Source of the DNA: Minisyncoccota bacterium
GTDB taxonomy: Bacteria > Patescibacteriota > Minisyncoccia > Phycocordibacterales > Phycocordibacteraceae
Direction: 5' to 3'
Length of the DNA stretch: 64,000 bases
Assembly (NCBI GenBank): GCA_036261925.1
Contig: DATAJW010000013.1
Coordinates: forward strand, 22,544-86,543
Both the position numbers and the translations under genes were made by a program. This document shows, in pieces, positions 60,326 through 64,000 of this stretch. Each line of letters begins with the position of its first letter. The stretch's first letter is position 1. The notes below the pieces were generated by a model that saw only the letters and a program-made list of their open reading frames with translations, searched no databases and was not told the DNA's origin.

Positions 60326-60401
60326 TGGTCCGCCTGCCTGGGCTCGAACCAGGGACCATCTCCTTAAGAGGGAGTTGCTCTACCAACTGAGCTACAGGCG
60401 G
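60326..60401 (-). tRNA. tRNA-Lys (anticodon CTT), CCA encoded
   Basis: reverse complement CCGCCTGTAGCTCAGTTGGTAGAGCAACTCCCTCTTAAGGAGATGGTCCCTGGTTCGAGCCCAGGCAGGCGGACCA. Confidence 0.85.
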
Positions 60402-60452
60402 ATGTCCGAAGGACTTTCGGATTCTAGCGTCTTCATGAAAAATAGTAAACAG

Positions 60453-61595
60453 CTATTCGACGACCCGGCGGAGATGCGGCGGGACATGGACGAGCACCTC
60501 GTACGGGATGGTGCCGATACGTTCCGCTATGTTGGCGACCGAGTTCGGATGCTCGGGCGTCCGGCTGATCGCGATGACCCGGTCGCCCTGCGCGACGCCG
60601 CCCGCTCCGGTGATGTCGAGCGTGGTCATGTTCATGGAAACGCGTCCGGCGATGGGGCAGTCCTCCTCCCGGATGCGCATGCTGCCGGCGCTCGAGAGGC
60701 GTCGGTCGATGCCTTCGTAGTAGCCGACCGGGACGGTCGCGATGCGTGACGGCTGCCCGGCGATGAACGTCGCGTTATACCCGACGGCGTCGCCTGCGGG
60801 AATATCCCTGATGCTTGTCACGAGCGAGCGCAGCTCGAGCACCGGCTTCACTGCCGATTTCCCGCCGGGCGCGGTATCGAACCCGTAGAGGCCGATGCCG
60901 ACGCGCGCGACGTTCGCGCGGCATTCGGCGGAGAAACGCACGCCCTTGGTGGCGGCTATGTGCCGGAACTCGAGCGCCGGATAGGCGGCTTCGACGAGCG
61001 CGAGGGTCTCCATCCAGGCGGCGAGCTGCGTGCGGCTGAACGCTTCGTCCTCGCTATCGGCGTCGGCCAGATGGGTGGCGATGCCGACGACCTTCGCATG
61101 CGGACTCTTCTTGAGCGCTTCGAGCGCGCGCGGAAGGTGCGCTCTCGTGATGCCTTGGCGGTGCATGCCGGTATCCACCTTTACGTGAAGCCGGACATCA
61201 TGCGTAAGGAGCGGCAGGAGCTCGGCAAGCTGCTCTCGGTCGGTGAGCGCGAAATCGACGTGCGCCAGCCGCGAGCGCGCCATATCGCGCGGCCGCACGT
61301 AGCCCATGACGACGACGCGCGAGCGTATGCCGGCCTGGCGCAGGCGGTGCGCCTCGTACAAGGAATCCACCATGAAGAACGCTATATCCTCCGTGTCGAG
61401 GAGACGCGCGATCAAGCCGAGGTCGTGGCCGTACGCGTTCGACTTGAGGACGGGCGCTATGCGGACGCCCGGATGCCGCTCCTGGTACATGCGCAGGTTA
61501 TGGAGCAGGTTCGCGCGCGAAATGGATACCTCGACCAAGGGCGCATAGCCCGAAAGCCGGCGCTCTAGCGTACGGAAGCGTTCGAGGATTCTCAT
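60453..61595 (-). CDS. alr: Alanine racemase (start at internal Met)
   Basis: VLKSNAYGHG PLP-Lys motif region, C-terminal beta domain; the ATG abuts the tRNA-Leu(TAA) 3' end. Confidence 0.85.
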   Translation of the reverse strand: MRILERFRTLERRLSGYAPLVEVSISRANLLHNLRMYQERHPGVRIAPVLKSNAYGHDLGLIARLLDTEDIAFFMVDSLYEAHRLRQAGIRSRVVVMGYVRPRDMARSRLAHVDFALTDREQLAELLPLLTHDVRLHVKVDTGMHRQGITRAHLPRALEALKKSPHAKVVGIATHLADADSEDEAFSRTQLAAWMETLALVEAAYPALEFRHIAATKGVRFSAECRANVARVGIGLYGFDTAPGGKSAVKPVLELRSLVTSIRDIPAGDAVGYNATFIAGQPSRIATVPVGYYEGIDRRLSSAGSMRIREEDCPIAGRVSMNMTTLDITGAGGVAQGDRVIAISRTPEHPNSVANIAERIGTIPYEVLVHVPPHLRRVVE

Positions 61596-61597
61596 GG

Positions 61598-61682
61598 TAC
61601 CGGGGGCGGGACTCGAACCCGCACGGCATCGCTGCCAAGAGTGTTTAAGACTCTCATGTCTAACCAATTCCATCACCCCGGC
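61598..61682 (-). tRNA. tRNA-Leu (anticodon TAA), long variable arm
   Basis: reverse complement GCCGGGGTGATGGAATTGGTTAGACATGAGAGTCTTAAACACTCTTGGCAGCGATGCCGTGCGGGTTCGAGTCCCGCCCCCGGTA. Confidence 0.8.
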
Positions 61683-61707
61683 TTCGGGGTTATTTTTACC
61701 ATATGTC

Positions 61708-61781
61708 GGAGGCCCGAGCGGGAATCGAACCCGCGCATAACGCTTTTGCAGAGCGCCGTGTTACCGCTTCACCATCGGGCC
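61708..61781 (-). tRNA. tRNA-Cys (anticodon GCA), U73 discriminator
   Basis: reverse complement GGCCCGATGGTGAAGCGGTAACACGGCGCTCTGCAAAAGCGTTATGCGCGGGTTCGATTCCCGCTCGGGCCTCC. Confidence 0.8.
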
Positions 61782-62492
61782 CTTCCTCTCCAATTCCGAA
61801 TCCAAATCCTTCAGTCTAAGCCCTCGGATATTGAAGTACTTCGTAAATATACCGTACTTTCTTTCAAGAGCTAATCCAACGAGTTCCGGCGTTGAATACA
61901 TAAGCTTGAAGAGTCGTATGCTATCGCGTGCGCCGTACCGCAGTTGGTATGTGCCCTTGCTGCTGCCATGAGCAAACAGTCCCTTGCCCGTTACGCCAGC
62001 TTCATGGACAAGACGTTCATGCATGGATGAAAGGAATGCGCGACTCCCAGAGGTGAAGATGCTCAACAGTCGCTTGGGGTTCCCGTTCGGTGCCCGTTCA
62101 ATGCATACGCACCCATCGCCATCGAAATAGCCGAGTACGAATGCGGGGAAGTAGAATAGCGGAATATGCGGCAATACCATCGTGAGTGATTTTGCAGGTG
62201 TCATACCGATTTCAATGAGCGCATCATATAAGGCATGGCTTCCGATTGAAAGACAGTAGGCCAGCTTACGATTCTCCGATCTATCCTCGACGCGTATCGT
62301 ATGCTGCGACTTCATGAGGTCGCGGATTAGAGCGATTCGATCCCTATCAGTGCTCAGCACCCGAACGTATTTGCCCCTGATATTCTGTGAATACTGCATG
62401 TTCCCATCCGCATATAGATATCCCAGCACGTATGCCATGGATACCGACCATGAATCGAAAAATGCTTCGTCTACGGGAGTTTTCTTACCCAT
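61761..62492 (-). CDS. Double-motif LAGLIDADG homing endonuclease, free-standing, in AT-rich island
   Basis: two LAGLIDADG motifs (VLGYLYADGN and VLGYFDGDGCV); GC clearly lower than flanks; 3' end overlaps the tRNA-Cys 5' end by about 20 nt. Confidence 0.75.
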   Translation of the reverse strand: MGKKTPVDEAFFDSWSVSMAYVLGYLYADGNMQYSQNIRGKYVRVLSTDRDRIALIRDLMKSQHTIRVEDRSENRKLAYCLSIGSHALYDALIEIGMTPAKSLTMVLPHIPLFYFPAFVLGYFDGDGCVCIERAPNGNPKRLLSIFTSGSRAFLSSMHERLVHEAGVTGKGLFAHGSSKGTYQLRYGARDSIRLFKLMYSTPELVGLALERKYGIFTKYFNIRGLRLKDLDSELERKGPMVKR

Positions 62493-62551
62493 ATTCCTAA
62501 TGATAAGGAATGTGGATAGATAAAAGCTGAAGAAAAAATAAGAAAGCTAAA

Positions 62552-62875
62552 CTAGCTCTCGCGGGAGATATCGTCGAGATGCTGGCGATTGCGCTCGCCG
62601 TGGTCTATCTCGAAGCGTATGAACGGGAGCCGCGAGAAGCGGGTGGTCTTCTTGAGCTCGTTGCGGAAGAGGTCCTTGTGGCGCATGAGGAAATTGATGG
62701 CCTGGTCGTCCTGGCCCTCGGGGAAGACGCTGACGAATATGGTCGCGTTCTTGCGGTCCTTGGAAAGATGCGCGCGCGTCGGCGTGATAAGGGTCTCGCG
62801 ACCCGCCTCGCGCGCGATGTAGCGGCCAGCGGCCTCTATGAGTATGGAAACGGCTCGGTTGTCGCGGTCGCTCAT
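62552..62875 (-). CDS. rbfA: Ribosome-binding factor A
   Basis: RbfA KH-like pattern (ATIFVSVFPEG...LKKTTRFSRLPFIRFEID). Confidence 0.8.
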   Translation of the reverse strand: MSDRDNRAVSILIEAAGRYIAREAGRETLITPTRAHLSKDRKNATIFVSVFPEGQDDQAINFLMRHKDLFRNELKKTTRFSRLPFIRFEIDHGERNRQHLDDISRES

Positions 62876-62877
62876 GA

Positions 62878-64000
62878 CTATTTCTCTATCATGCGATAGG
62901 CGAAGAGCGTGTCGCCCGGGGCAGCCTCCGCCTTCCCGTCGATCTGCAGGCCGAACTCGCCCTCGACATGGATCTCCTTCACGTCGGCGCGCGCCACCTG
63001 GAGGTTCGTGAGCTTCGCGGTGCCGATAGGGAGGCCGCGACGGTCGACCTTCACCATATCGCCCACTTCAAGAGCGCCCGATATCCAGCGCGCGCCGAGC
63101 GTCTGCTTGGTGCCGGTCGCATTGAAGGCCTTGAGCACCTTCGCCTCGCCCGTTATCTCCTCGACGGTGATGCGCGGCGCGCTTGCCGCGACGAGCTTCT
63201 CGATGTGCTCCTTGAGGTCGTAGATGATGGAGAAGGTCTCGATAGCGACCTGGCTTCGGTCCGCGAGGTCGCGCGCGTTCGAGTCGGTGCCGACGTTGAA
63301 TGCGATGATGTTCGCGCCGCCGGCCATCGCGAGCTTCACGTCGCCTTCAGAGACCGCGCCGAGGCCCTCGCCGATGATGCGGACGACGACGCGCTCGTGC
63401 TCGACCTTCGCGAGCTCGTGCTTGATGGCTTCCACGCTGCCGGAGACGTCCGCCTTGAGGATGAGGGGGAGCAGCGCGGTGCCTTCGGGCAGCGCCGCGT
63501 CGCGCGCCTTCGGCGCGTCCGCCGCGATGGCCGCGGCGAGCTTCTCGGCCTCCTTCTTGTTCGCGACCGCGAGGAACGGGGTGCCTGCCGCTGGCAGCGC
63601 GTTCCATCCGGCGATACGGACCGGCTGGGAGGCCTTCGCATCCTTGATGCGGGTTCCCTTGAAGTCCTCGATGAAACGGATCGGCGCGATAGCGGTGCTC
63701 GCGATGGCGTAGGTGCCGGTCGCGAGGGTACCTTCCTTGAGGATGAGGGTCGCGGTCTGGCCCTGCCTTGGATCCTGCGAGGATTCGAGCACGTAGCCGG
63801 ATGCGGCGGCGTCCGGATCGTAGGTGAGTTCGGCGAGGTCCGCGGTGAGAAGCACGAGGTCGAGCAGCTCCGGAATGCCGTCGCCGGACTTCGAGGAGAC
63901 CGACGCATAGGGCACCGAGCCGCCGAGACCTTCGAGGTAGATGCCTGCCTCGATGACGCCCATCTTCACGCGCTCGAGGTCGGCGCCATTCTTGTCCATC
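62878..64000 (-). CDS. infB: Translation initiation factor IF-2, C-terminal part (gene continues beyond window end)
   Basis: IF-2 domains C1/C2; ORF open at the window edge; infB-rbfA order conserved. Confidence 0.85.
   Translation of the reverse strand, partial: MDKNGADLERVKMGVIEAGIYLEGLGGSVPYASVSSKSGDGIPELLDLVLLTADLAELTYDPDAAASGYVLESSQDPRQGQTATLILKEGTLATGTYAIASTAIAPIRFIEDFKGTRIKDAKASQPVRIAGWNALPAAGTPFLAVANKKEAEKLAAAIAADAPKARDAALPEGTALLPLILKADVSGSVEAIKHELAKVEHERVVVRIIGEGLGAVSEGDVKLAMAGGANIIAFNVGTDSNARDLADRSQVAIETFSIIYDLKEHIEKLVAASAPRITVEEITGEAKVLKAFNATGTKQTLGARWISGALEVGDMVKVDRRGLPIGTAKLTNLQVARADVKEIHVEGEFGLQIDGKAEAAPGDTLFAYRMIEK

Noticed and set aside
61700-62560. Group I intron hosting the LAGLIDADG gene
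   Set aside because: I could not identify P/Q/R/S core elements by eye, and both neighbouring tRNAs fold intact. Left as a hypothesis to test, not a feature.

Overview
High-GC (about 65%) bacterial chromosomal segment, densely packed with housekeeping genes. Recognisable genes include groES/groEL, ftsA/ftsZ, gyrA, valS, lepA, murJ, RNase J, tsaD/tsaC, pth, lepB, S1, S21, rbfA and infB. I also find 12 tRNA genes, an RNase P RNA (rnpB) and many intrinsic terminator hairpins. Gene content and style (giant secreted protein with peptidoglycan-binding tail, TrbC/VirB2-like small-protein array, four-helix-bundle IVS protein, LAGLIDADG endonuclease, short ValS, ftsA-ftsZ without a dcw cluster) suggest a small-genome, CPR/Parcubacteria-like organism; this is inference only. 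Most genes have no Shine-Dalgarno sequence, and several have a TAnnnT -10 box 6-8 nt before the start codon, which suggests leaderless mRNAs. Four small AT-richer islands carry likely acquired genes: the IVS four-helix-bundle gene, a HicB/HicA pair, a small unknown ORF, and the LAGLIDADG endonuclease. Accessory highlights are: a tandem array of five paralogous two-TM pilin-like proteins with shuffled Cys-rich domains; two families of repeated intergenic hairpin/palindromic elements; an inverted-repeat-flanked insertion between lemA and htpX; an odd pseudo-tRNA arrangement around tRNA-Leu(TAG); and tandem repeats upstream of tRNA-Phe. Coordinates of features I located by hand (tRNAs, hairpins) may be off by 1-2 nt. 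No CRISPR array and no rRNA genes were found.
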